Shown here: in pieces, positions 11,501-23,330 of the stretch
Layout: each line of letters starts with the position of its first letter
Position numbering within the stretch: the stretch's first letter is position 1
Assembly (NCBI GenBank): GCA_000708835.1
Contig: DF237062.1
Coordinates: forward strand, 1-64,000
Direction of reading: 5' to 3'
Source of the DNA: Klebsormidium nitens
Taxonomy: Eukaryota; Plantae; Klebsormidiophyceae
DNA: 64,000 bases
Notes under the pieces: generated by a model
Told to the model about the DNA's origin: nothing
Seen by the model: the letters and a program-made list of their open reading frames with translations, nothing else
Database searches by the model: none
Translations under genes and position numbers: made by a program

Positions 11501-14500
11501 CAGAGAAAGTGCTCGGTGAGACGCTGGAGTCGGAGGAGCTCCTTCTGAGACGAAAAGGCCTCGAGCTTTTGGAGAGAGCATCCCGATAAGTACAGGCTCA
11601 GCAGACAACAGACTGCCCCGATCGTAAACGCGTCGACCAGACCGCGAAAACCAGACTCAAGGTCCATCGTGTGTCCTGTTGAGCACAGTAGACACCCAAC
11701 ACTAGCCAAACCGGGAATACAAACAACGGGACTCTGCTAACAATTCCTTACTCCGCAAGCTCAACACATCTGACGGCACCGAAAGTAGAACAACGAGTGC
11801 TTGTGCCCACCAGAAGCAGAACGCCTTTTGTTGAAAGATCTGGGGGAGACTCTTATGGCATGGCTTAAGATGCTGAGAGTCGTTGTAAGATTGCGGTCTC
11901 ACCAGTATTGACTTGGTGCGCGCCCACAGCTTCCGTAGCACTCGCTTCCGCTCTTCCGCAGTCCCTTGCTCGCCCAAAGCATAGGCCTGCAGAGATCACG
12001 TAAGCGGAGAACTTTCCGTTCTTGGCGGCTCTGAAATTGTCATACGACCTATCATTCGTTGTTATTCGTTTCGATGGTCAAACGAAAAGAAAACAGGTGG
12101 ATGTACTTCATATTTGCGCAACGATCTGTCCAGCAGAGTAGGGACAATACGCATCGACCAATTACAAGCGCTGTGCCTCGAACTTCTGTTTTGCCTGAAA
12201 GTTGTCGCAGAATTGTCCTCAAAGACGTACCGCGATAACCAAGTCGAAGTGCTGGTGGCCTCCCGTCTTTCCCTTCAGAAGCGCATCCAGCGACCGGAAA
12301 CGGTGGACAGGTGGCGCGTCCTCGGCGCCTGCATAGAGCAGCTTGTGAACTTCCCGACGAAGGAGCGAACGTCAAAACCCTTGCTTGACTCGCTTCCTGC
12401 TTACACAATCTTTCCCTAGGAATCCGGTTGCCTGTCTTAATAACGGCTTCAGCTTCTCACAATGAACAGGATCGGAAAAGCTTTAAAGTGGGCGTAAGCC
12501 ATGCATGGACAAAGCCGCTCGCACGGTGCTACAACCCTCACAAAATTGCCGTCCGAAACCGGGACCGTTGGATTGGTGACGCCGTCGGAGATAGCGGCTG
12601 ACGTCAGGCAAACCCCGACGCCCACTTTAAGATTCTTAGAGAGTGTCTTTGACCGCAGCAGGTTCTGAAGCCCGCGCAAAACTTCCCTCGTATGTGCCAT
12701 GATGAAGCTCACAACTGAAGTCAAGGGAAGGAGGGGACGGCAGAGCAAGAAGCAGGTGAGCAATCCAGAGAAAACGCTTTGCTATGTGAGTATTCTTGTG
12801 CATACCTCGGAGAATGACATCTGCCAGCTGTGTCATGCCACGTGCCTGCTCGACAGCCACCGCCTGCTTTGGCCACGTGTTCCACACCGAGCTCGCGGCC
12901 CTGCCAGAGGGTAGTTCGATCGAGATAAAAGTGATGGAACGACGCGCAAGGCATGGGCTGAGGAGCTATTCTCAGAAGCAACCGACAAGACATGCTTATA
13001 AGTCTGCCCTTTCCCATGTACTGGACTCATGTGCGGTCCAAAGCGGGTCATGGTTATGTAGGGTTGAGCCCTCATGGAATCCGGCAAAAAGCATTTTGCG
13101 TTACATCAAAGGGAACGGACTTCCAATGGCTACTCGTATCGAAGAGAACGTGTTGCAACCACGTGAGGTGCGGGTCCTAAAGGTCCCACGTGTCATCGCT
13201 GGAGCACTGCCACGTCCGTTGAAGCTGAGGAACACATGCGGTGCTTTATAGGAAGCCCACCTACCAGAGCGCAGAGCCGAGCCCCGATCCGAAATCCAGC
13301 ACGCGTTCTGGGACGAACTCCGGCCGCTGCCATTTCAACTGCAGACGGAAATCCACGGTGGTTTCTAATCGCAGACAATCTGCAACTCCATGCGAGCATA
13401 AACTTCGTTGATTGCACATTCACAGCTTGTGGCTCACTTGACGATGCAAGATCTTAAAACAACGAATCCTTTTTGAAGATGATCCAACCGTTCTTCCCTG
13501 GGGGCTCTTACGCCTCACCTCTTCCAGCACGTGCACCAGTGCGGCGTACGTCGCCGGCATCCTCGCTGCGGCGTACGCCGCCACCTGTCCATCTGAGTAC
13601 TGGGGCGCTCGCCGATCCTTTTCGTCGTTTTTCCAGTTCTCATATTTCGGGAAACGGGCTTTGGAGGCCTGCTTCCAGCTTGCTAGAAGTCCCCCCCGAG
13701 ATGATTCGGTGTCTAGGTTGACCCTTTTAGGGGGGTCCGAGAGCCACCCCCGGGAGTGGTCGTGGAGCCCCTCGGAAAGTTGGCGGGTGAGGTGGCGCAG
13801 CGAGCGGGTGGAGTAGCCTGGCCAAAGAGCTTTGGTCAACTTCGCAAGGATGTATCTGAACAAGTAATATGCTCACAGTTTCTGATTTCAACCCAGTGTG
13901 TTAATTGTCTCCTGATCCAAACGCAGGAACCGTTGAGTGTACGATGAGGGTGTGATTGACAGCCGGATTTGGCAGGCCAGAATATACAGATTCAGCTGGT
14001 GTCCGTTCTTTGTCGCATCCGCGAGCGTCAGGAAAGTCGTTAAGATAAGAGCTTGAATCAACCTGGAGGAAGGATCTATGGTGTAGCAGCAGAGAGATGG
14101 TGTTGAGTGCAGTGAGAATCTCAAACGACCAGCTGAACATAATTCCCATTCCCATGAAGGCTTGAGCCCCCAGATGGATCCACACGCCACATCGTAAGAG
14201 AGGGTACTGAGTGTGCAACTGTCCACTGTCCTTCTCTTAGTGGTCTTTCATGCAAACAAGTCACAGCATCTCTATCACCAGCTCCTACCTGCCACTGCCT
14301 TGCTGATGGCCTCCGATAGCTCCGCCGGCACCGCCACCGCCCCGGGGCTGCTCTGGCCCGCCTCTAGTTCCTGCCCTGTCCCACTGTCCTCCTCCTCTAG
14401 TTCCTGGCTTAGCACCAACTTCTGACCGCTAAACCTGCCCTGAATTTCATCATCCTCCTTCCCTGACTCTCCATATAGCGCCGTTGTCTCTTGCAGGTCT

Positions 14501-15944
14501 ACATACTCAATGCGCTGTGAGTCTCGGGTTTTGGCGGGAAGGGCATGGAGTGAAGAAAGGAAGCGGAGAGGTGACCGAGTGTGTGGCCCTTGCCGGAGTT
14601 GGCGCAGGGCGGGGAAGAGGAGATGTCCACCTTGCATTGGTGCATCTGCCATACACAAGAAACAGTTCAGATGACTTTGGCTGGCAGGACCTGTACCAGT
14701 CCACAATTGAATTGCTGAAAAGCTAGGTGGTGTCAACCAGTCGTCCATTCTGAGACAGTCTGTTTCGTCAAGTCGCGCGGCAGGGATGTCCGTGGCTTGA
14801 TTCTAATGAAGGTGAGTCCATTGAGAATCTAATCAAAGTCAGCATCTTAAAGGGTTGAAGCTGAAACACGCAATTTTAAGATGGTGGTAGAAAGTCCCTG
14901 GGTGTCCATACTCTTCTGAGGTGTAAGTTCAGAAAACTTTCCCCAAGAGCTTCAGATGCAAGCTGACTACCACCATTGACGAAACAACTTGATGAGAGTG
15001 AATGGTGCCAGAGTCTTTTCGAGCAAAACCATCAGGACATGCTGTCGAATCCATCAACGATGGTGGGACTGATGGTGGGACTGAGTATTCCTGGCCTGAG
15101 AAATCATACAAGAACAAGGATCAGGCACATGATCGCTAAGAAAGATTGGCATCAGCAAGAGGTGCTTTTTACCTGAACTCTATCAGCGCGAGTGTCAACA
15201 GCGTTGGCGCCCAGATATTTCAGCCCTGAGAGCGCGCCACCAATTCAAGAGACTTTTACAGACTTCAGAGGAAAGTCAGTCACCCACGCCTGCATGAACT
15301 TGCTTCCCATTGAGTGGCCGCCAATTACAAACATTCTTCTCAGCATTTCCCATGAGGCTGCAGCATTGCAACATTACTTTAATCTACTAGCTCATGACTA
15401 CTAGTACTTGCAAGTTGGTCACTTTCTACTTCGGTCCACACAACTCTGAGTCCGATGCTCTGTGCTCCAAGTTCTAACGACGTGCTTCTGCCGCCTGCGG
15501 CGGCCTCTGCCCAGCAGAACCTGCTCTTGTGTCGCCGAGATGTCGATCACGTACTACCACGTTTAGCGACTCGAATACTATTACCGGGCTACAACTTCAA
15601 GGCATTTGGTCGCCGCAGCATGCTGCGTTATGCTTCCCTAAAATGCATGACGACCGTGAGTTAGCAAACCCTAAAAGTGCTTTCAGGGTACATAGCCAGG
15701 CGTCCACGCCCAATTTGCTGTTCAGGACGTGGAGCTTCGAGTTTGAGGCGGTGCTGCTAGCTGATCTTGCAGGGAGAGCAGGAGGGCGCTGCTTGGCAAG
15801 GGCAAAATCCCCTTCAGCCGACCCTTGAAAACAGCGCCGCATACCTAAAGTGCTCGCAGGTGGCCTGTTTGTTTTCGCACGCAGATCAGCGCTAAGCCTG
15901 TAAGTAGCAACCTTGTTGAGCAATGCTGTCATCCTGTCAGCCAT
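8562..15944 (-). CDS. RSM22: Mitochondrial small ribosomal subunit methyltransferase-like protein Rsm22/METTL17
   Basis: Exons read on the minus strand: ~15944-15730 (transit peptide; start and end tentative), ~14486-14289, 13817-13519 ([19 protein letters not shown]), 13338-13265 ([16 protein letters not shown] motif), 12900-12806, 12328-12231 (FDLVIA), 11986-11903 (YALGE..RKLW), 11421-11341 ([11 protein letters not shown]), 11020-10964 (AHVVAP), 10337-10242 ([18 protein letters not shown]), 9826-~9750 (HEDEKFSYV), ~9121-8562 ([28 protein letters not shown]). Confidence 0.92.
10390..10720. mobile_element. Possible eroded insertion in an RSM22 intron
   Basis: TAG/CTA-rich, G-skewed block similar in texture to 5560-6140. 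No family motif or termini were recognised. Confidence 0.2.
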
Positions 15945-16222
15945 CTTCTGATGCTCTTCATGGCCTGCAGCATTCTCTTTGCTGGACCAGTGTCCTTCTC
16001 TCTTCCGTTTGGTTTCGATGGGCTCAGCCTGAACCGCCAGCAAGTCTCAAAACAGCAAAGTCAGGCTTCCATCTTGCATGCATGCCCTCTCTATTGGTCG
16101 CAGGAACTTACTTCGTACATCAAGGGGAGCAGCATTGCGCTTTCACATATGCTTCAAGCAAACTGCAGATAGCAGCCTCTTGACGCTCGTTGAGTTAGAG
16201 GGATGATGGGTGACGGACTGAC
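15945..16222. promoter_or_regulatory. Probable bidirectional promoter/5' region between RSM22 and the DUF1997 gene
   Basis: The two start codons are divergent and about 280-340 bp apart. No specific motif was identified. Confidence 0.4.
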
Positions 16223-18369
16223 ATGTGCACCGCTCCGTCTACGCAGGGTTTGATCTGGTACTGCTTCCATCAAGCAAGATCAATGCAGAGTGTGCACGCG
16301 TCCGCTAGGACGCTGAGCCACGCAAGTCCTCCATACATCGCCGATAGTACAGTGGCTACCAACAGTGACAGCTTAAACAGAGTACCCCCAATGATACAGC
16401 CAAGGTTTCAGTCCACTTATGCCCCAACGCAGTCAAAAGCGTTCAGGAGACTTGGAAGGAGTGCGCACCAAGTGGCGAGCTCAGATTGGGTGTGCGAGAG
16501 CTGCAGCAATCGGTTCCTGGCTGGAGATCAGAGGGTTTGGGACCAGGGGCAAAGTCTGCGTGCGGGGGGGCAGACTGCGGGGAAGGGCCAAGGGAAGGTG
16601 ACGGCGCAGTGGTTCCACTTCAACTCGAGGAAGTCACTGAATGTCTCGCTGCAAGAGGGCATACCTGGGGTAGACGAATACCTGCGGGTGAGCTTCTTCA
16701 TTTAGTCTGGTCCCGTACAACTTTAAGCATGGTAGAGTTCTTCAACACTCTGCTTTGGTTTTGGCATGACTGCTGTGCATCCGATGTTTTCTTTTCGCTC
16801 GTTGGCACTTCATAAATGGGAAGAGGCCCTTAGAGATGCTTTTCATGGTGGCAAAAGAGATGTTTTCTGTGGCAGCTACATACTGCGCAGCTGAACACAC
16901 GCAGCTATCTTGACAAAGTGTTATTGAATGGACTTCAAGAACGGCAAGAAACTCAGGCATAAATTTCCGCACGTTGATGGGAGTTGAAAGACGCATTACG
17001 GCAGCCTGCACAACAGTCGCATGTTGAGCTATCCCAAGCTCCTTTTTGTCTGAGCTTCAATTCATGGCCTCCATCATTATGTCTGCCCATACCCCATCCG
17101 TCCTTGTAGCAATTGCCCCATCCAGGTTTGAGCAAAAGCTTTCTTGTCCAAGTATAAACCACAATGTCGAAATCGGGTTAGTACCTTTTCATATCAGGAC
17201 ACTGAGCGCATCGTCCACATCGCCTTCCCCGACCGCCGGCGGTTGCAGTACCGAGGGGACGGCCTCTGGCGGGCTACGCTGAAGCCCGTCACCTTCTTTA
17301 CCATTTCAGCAACCCCTGTCACGGACGTTAGGTAAGTATGTGTGGACATGGCAACAGAGGCCCTACGGACAATCAGGCGGGCTCTGAAGGGTGGCGGGCA
17401 CCTTGACCAGCTTCCATAGCTGTCCAGCTTCGGGAATTATGAAACCTCCAGAATCCATTAAAATGATACTCGTTCCGAGGATGCTAGGCCGGCGTACAGA
17501 GCCTCCTCGTGTGGAGGATGGTCGAAACCTCTGCACAGCCATATGTAGACCCAAGACATGTCAACGCGTCTGGCGTATATTCTGCAGTGAGGCCATTGCT
17601 TTCTGTCTCGTACCCCCTTTCAAACGCAGCTGATCAGGTTTTGAACTGCGTGATTCTCTCCAACGAGCTACTGCGAGGTCTTTCGAATGACACTTACCGA
17701 CTCTGTCCAGATGCGATTGGCCGGTTCAGTGCAGCGCATAGGAAGGAACTACGCCCAACTCAGATCTGATCCACTCTCAAACTGCTGCATCTAATTTCTC
17801 GCTCCTGTCTTCCTCCTCGCAAAAGTCACTTCCGGAAGAGCTCTCGGAGAAAGCGTAGATAGGCACTCCTGTGCTCGCCGCTTCGGTTTCGGCTCCCCGT
17901 TTTGCCGTTGATCGAATTGGCCCCTTACGAAACGTATCTGAGCCCCTCGGAAAAAGCTGACTTCTTCCATTTTGTGCCCAGGACTTGGTATGAAAACGGC
18001 GCCCTCCAGATCGCCTCTGACCGGGTCGTCCTCGACCTAGCTGGTCTCCCGCCCCAGTTCCATAACATTGATCTACGGCTAAACCTTCGCGGTTCCTTAA
18101 CCCGGGTCAAAACTTCCCCCAGAGGATCCTCGAATTGCGCCTTGGACGGCTCAGTAGACTTAGGGGTCGGGGTGGACCTGCCGGCGCCTCTTGCATTCAT
18201 CCCGGCGCCTGCGGTAAATGCAGTGGGGACGGCGATTCTCGAGGGGATTCTGATAGCGATGGAATCCGCATTGAGGAGGGGCCTTGTCGAGGATTACAGG
18301 CGGTGGTGCATAGAGAAGCGGAGCAAGATTGGAGAGGCGCGGCAAGAGCAAGGGGTGCAGATTAGATGA
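16223..18369 (+). CDS. DUF1997 family protein, probably plastid-targeted
   Basis: Exons 16223 (or 16282)-16687 (..EGIPGVDEYLR), 17198-17331 (DTERIVHIAFPDRRRL..LKPVTFFTISATPVTDV) and 17982-18369 (..DLGVGVDLPAPLAFIP..VGTAILEGILIAMESALRRGLVEDYRRW). Splice phases are consistent and the C-terminus matches the DUF1997 pattern. Confidence 0.85.
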
Positions 18370-19695
18370 CACCGAACCTACTATGCGCCGTTCGCGGCAT
18401 GTCGTTGAAGCGCGCTCCTAATATAGACGGTGGACTAAACACGCAAGCTGGAGCTGAAAGAAATACTGCTCCTTTCGAGAACAGCTCGCAACCATCGAAA
18501 GCTACAACACATACCAGCTTAGCATCTAGAAAGTCCAATCAAGAACTGATTCCATTGAGTGCTCTTCGTTTCAGACATACGTGCTTAATCTTAGCTCGAT
18601 CGCCGCAGGAATTGTTTGAAGTGACAATGCATTTCTACGTGTGGGTCAGCTGATTGACTCGCAGGCCGTGCAGCCGTCCTGCAACTTGTTTTGCTGCGAA
18701 AGGCATGTACGAGCATCTTGTCGCCGTCCTTTCTTGCCATGTTGGAAGTCCACATCAAACTACAGATGCGCATATAGTTGAGGGCCAAGACCGTCTGGTA
18801 TATTGCATTCACTGTTTACTGCCAGCTCATATTTGGCAGACGAGTTGATTGGCGGGTTATAACGCACCACATCCTTGATCAAGATCCATATTGGGTCTGG
18901 GATTGCCAGGCTTTATGCAAATCGCATGATCAGCATGAGCGGGACGCCAGCAAATGTCGAGCGTTATTATGGCAGTCGCACAATTAGATGAGGCCGCCTA
19001 CGCGCTAATTCTAGCTCATGCGTATGCTTGAGTCTGTGCAAAGATCGAGAGCTCGAGCTCTACGCATGCGACCTGGGCCGCGTCAATTACTCATGTGCGT
19101 CGCTTTCCTAAGCCTGCGACATGTACCTCTGAACCTAACAGCTCAGATCACTTTTGAACGGAATCATGACTGGACTAGGGATTCTTATCAAAGGCCTGTT
19201 GCTCCGCGTACATGACAAATATAAGTTTCCACCGACCTGCTGCCAAACCCCAACTCATCATGCTCGCACAACAAAGCTTCATGCTTACGAAAGACTTCGC
19301 TTTGTGAATTCACCGTGTTCTCCTCTTTGGCGCTCAATTGATCTGCTCACTGTGCGTGGACAAACAAAACAACCTTGATCAGCAAATTGGTTACTAGAAC
19401 AGCTCGTTCGCTCGTGGTTGTACTTCACTGTTTGTGCTCATTAAGATACGTAATCTTGAAGGATCTGAATTCTTCTAGATTCAACCGTTAGGCGCGCTAC
19501 GTATGGAGACTTTTCTCATCGCAACTGATCATTGTTTCAGAGCACGAGGTCACATTTCGCCAAGCAGGCCATCACCGCTGGCCTGATTGAAATTTCAACT
19601 TTTACAATCAGAAAGGGTGATTTTTGCTCAAAGAGCTTTTTTAAGCCTACGTTGAGGAGGCTCCTTAGGCTCAGTGTCCCTACGCGTCTCACGTG

Positions 19696-21621
19696 TTAGC
19701 TGCTCACCTTCGACTTCTGCCTCCCAGGCGCGTTTTCTTGCTTCCCGCAGCATTGGTCTCTGTGGCCCTGCTTCCATGCCATTTTTTGACACTCTGCACA
19801 GAAAGGAGACGTGGATGAAGAATGAAACTGACTGATGTCGTTCCAGAGGATGCAAGCAAGGCCTTGAAGGAGGTGAAGATCAAGGACTGGGCTTTAGTCC
19901 GCGTGAAGCAACCTACACTTCACTCCTGACGGATAGTTTTGCGCGTTGATTGCTTGGCAAGGTTTAGGTGTCCGCCGAAAAGATCGGAGCACAAAGTTGC
20001 CTTTGGACATACCCACGCTTACTGTCTGCTTCGCAATGTTCTCGAACTTTTTCACACAAACGCGCAAAGAGCACTTACCACGGCTGCAGTAGCAGGCGAG
20101 CCTGCAACCTCCACACAGCTTGAAGGTCCCCTCTGCCGCTTCGATTTTCTCACACCCTGCCCTGGAACACTTTCGGACCGACTTGATCTGCTCTTCCAGT
20201 TGCCGCCGAGAAGACCGAGTTCTGAACAGCGCCCACCGATCTGGCCGTCCAAAAGCGCCAAGCGGCTGAAAGCTTGCCTCCAGTCCGTCGGCTGGTGTCC
20301 TGTACATGATCGATATCTCGCGGCACCTTCTCAACACTACCTTATCCTTCTTTGCTAGAGCCTCGATTGCCTCAACCAGTTCCACCGTCACCAGGCCGTT
20401 TGCTTCAAGAAGGATATCCTGAACTGATTCTTCGCAATATAGTAGACAGACTAGGGACTGAGCACACTCACGCTCTGGGCACGCTCTCTGGGTTCTGCTT
20501 CCTTGCAAGCAGCCAAAGCAAGAACGTACAGACGGAAGGTCTCCACTCTGTCGAGAAGGGCCTCTTTTTCTGTGCCTTTGGCTGTGCATAACAGCGATAG
20601 AAGATGCTGACAGGCATGGTGTAGAACCCTTGGTCTTGTTCCTCGAATGAAAAGAGCACCTATGAGGTTGATCAGCTTGTTGGAGAAGGCTTTAGAGAAA
20701 GGGAGATCTCCGAGGATGTCCAGTGCCCTTGAAGTAGTCTCAACAAGCTCAATGTCGTCAACATTCTCTGTGCAGTGCTCCAGAACGCATATGATGAAGC
20801 CTTGCATGGAAGCTACTTCTTCCACGCACTCTAATTTGGCCCACTGAAGAATTGAGTTGAAGGGCCCTTGAAGGGCCGAAGAATGGACTTCCTTGTCTCC
20901 AACCCTGGTTGTCTGCAGTTCTGAAACAGTCGCCCTCCTGGTGAGACCACGTCACGGGCCCGTTGAAAGAGGTTGGCCAGAACCTGAAAGACATCTGGGA
21001 TCTCTTTGAGGATATACTTGAACGACCTGAAGTCAACTGCCAGCGTGTCGAGGGCGCAGCAGTAGATGGACACTTTGCTGAAGATCTCGGCTTTCTTTCC
21101 AGCCAAAGTAGCTGCGATGAAATCCTTAGGAAGCCAGTACCAGCGGCCACTTGATATGGCATCGTCCAATCCCAACCGAATCTCCCTTCCAATTCCGTTG
21201 CTCAGGATGAAGTTTGAGACATTGACCCCATCCGTTCTTGAGCTTTGCTTCCACAGAAGATACGCGTAACTCTCTTTAAAGCGCCAGATAGCAAACATGC
21301 GCCTGCTTTCATCATCCGATCTGAGCTCTTGAAGTATCTCCTGGAGCCATGGAGAGGCCTCCGGCTTGAGGAAGTCAAGTTTTATGTTGGGTTCAAGGCC
21401 ACTTTTTCTTAAGGTGGACATCTCCTCGCAAGTCAGGGTGGACAACAGCGGGACGTTCTCGGAGGGAGCGGACGTTGGAAGGGGCTTCATCGCCTTTCTT
21501 GCCATCTTGCTCATTCTGTTGGGACCCAAGCAACTCAATCAGCTTCTAGTGCAGTTCCTGCCGCCTCTTGCGCCTCTACATGGCGGCTTGCTGCGCATCA
21601 AGTCTTCCTGAGGTCCGCCAT
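19696..21621 (-). pseudogene. MYND zinc-finger protein paralog A (frameshifted)
   Basis: Homology to the 23331-25218 gene is split across three frames (ORFs 20831-21538, 20451-20825, 19894-20589). The MYND finger CSRAGCEK..KLCGGCRLACYCSR/ECQKMAWKQGHRDQC has an intron at 20078-19794 and a last exon at 19793-19696. There are two net +11-nt duplications and TAG stops in the probable 5' end. Confidence 0.85.
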
Positions 21622-23330
21622 TGCACGACCATCTGCAGATGGAGATAGAAATGGAGATGGAGAATAAACCAGTCACTCGTGCATGCGCACAGTAGCGCTG
21701 TCGTTTTGAAGGACGGCAGCCGCTGGTTGAGGCTGCAGTTGCTAGTTGACGGTAAACAGATCTGTCGACCTAACTAGATGAGCATAGCTACTGTAGCCTT
21801 AGGTCAGCTCGACAGAAGCACCGCTTGACTCCCGTGCACGATTCCTCCCACCCGATTACACGCCCTGCGTCAGCATACGAGGCCGAAATACGCGCGCGCA
21901 GATCGTCAAGCTTGCGTCAGCAGCAATCGGAGGTGGAATTGCAGGTCGAATCAGCAGGTCTTGTCTGTGTGGGTTGTTATAGGGTGTTATAGGCCAGTTC
22001 GGAACAGTTTTCAGTTATGATTCGCATAAGGCACTAGATTTGAATAAGGCTCTTCCAAATTCAGAGATCTGCATTAACTTCAAGTGTCATCGGGCCCGCA
22101 TCCGACAGAAACATGCAACTCTGACGAAATGAAGCGGGATCCGATGTAACTGTTACTCACATCAAGTATACGTCAAGCTGCGGGCCAGACCTTCACTGGT
22201 TCAGCACTTGATTTCGTAATCTTAAGGAGACTCGATAAAAGGTGGGAATGCCAGATAATTGTACCCGAATCATTGATGTGCAGCCAGCTTTGTTGTCTGG
22301 TGTAAGTGTCTGCCCTCAAAGCATGCGCATGTTATGTTGAGTCTCGCACTAGCATAGCCAACTTATGATGCAACGCGTACAGATGGTCAGCCGTTCGAAG
22401 GGGCCCCATGGTCATGAGCCAGATTGTCTGTGATGTCATGCATATGCTTAATTCTACAGGCTCATCCTGAACCGGATGAGATAGCACCGCGTTAAACGGG
22501 CAAGGAAGCACTATCCTCTTTGTATTCTGGACGAGCGGATCATCCGAAAACGTTGCGCTCGTGCCCAATTTGTCATGCTCGAAAAGTCGAACGAACCGCA
22601 CGACTTTTCACCAGTACCTAGTGTACGAACGCAAAAGCACCAGAGAAACATTTCCGAACGGCTGTACCTTCCCTAGAGGCGCTTAGTCGCAGAATCATAC
22701 CCTCTCAGTGCCAGCGAGGAGACGCTCTCCTGCAAAAGAAAGACGGGTAAGCTTTTGACCAGTCGTAATTTTAGCTTGGATCAATGTTCTGCAGCAGACT
22801 ACGAGTATTGCAACAATAGTTTGGATCGTTGACTGCCAGTATTCTGTTTTGCTTCTGGCTTGCGAGATTCCTGCGTTTCATGGTCAAAACTCTTCTTGAT
22901 CAGCACGTAGATTCGATATTAGGCGGACTCGATGGCAGAGCCAGCTTCTTGGAGCTCGGATGTCAAATCCAAAGAAGCGAGGAGGCGACCAAATTAGTAG
23001 GAGAACTTTCAAGCTCTTACTCAACTTTCACGCATTCTGATCACCATAGAGCCCCAAATGAAGACTTTGAACTCCGTCAAGGAGGCCAGAATTCCTGCGG
23101 CCTGTCAATCTTTAATTCATCACAAGCAGAGTTTTGACGCAACTTTATTCAATCGTTGGCGTCTCTGTACTGACAAAACAAGCCAGTCGATCTTGTCTTG
23201 ACCAAACGATTGTGCATGCGAACGTACTCCAGCCACAGCATCGGACTTCCCTTGGGTTAACAAGGCAGCCTTTAAACTTGAATCATGGCTGCCTTGAAGC
23301 TGGAAGAATGACAAATGGTTTCACCTGTCA

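Noticed and set aside
12449-13251. Plus- and minus-strand ORFs of 80-150 aa within RSM22
   Set aside because: They overlap real RSM22 exons and introns and show no independent motif.
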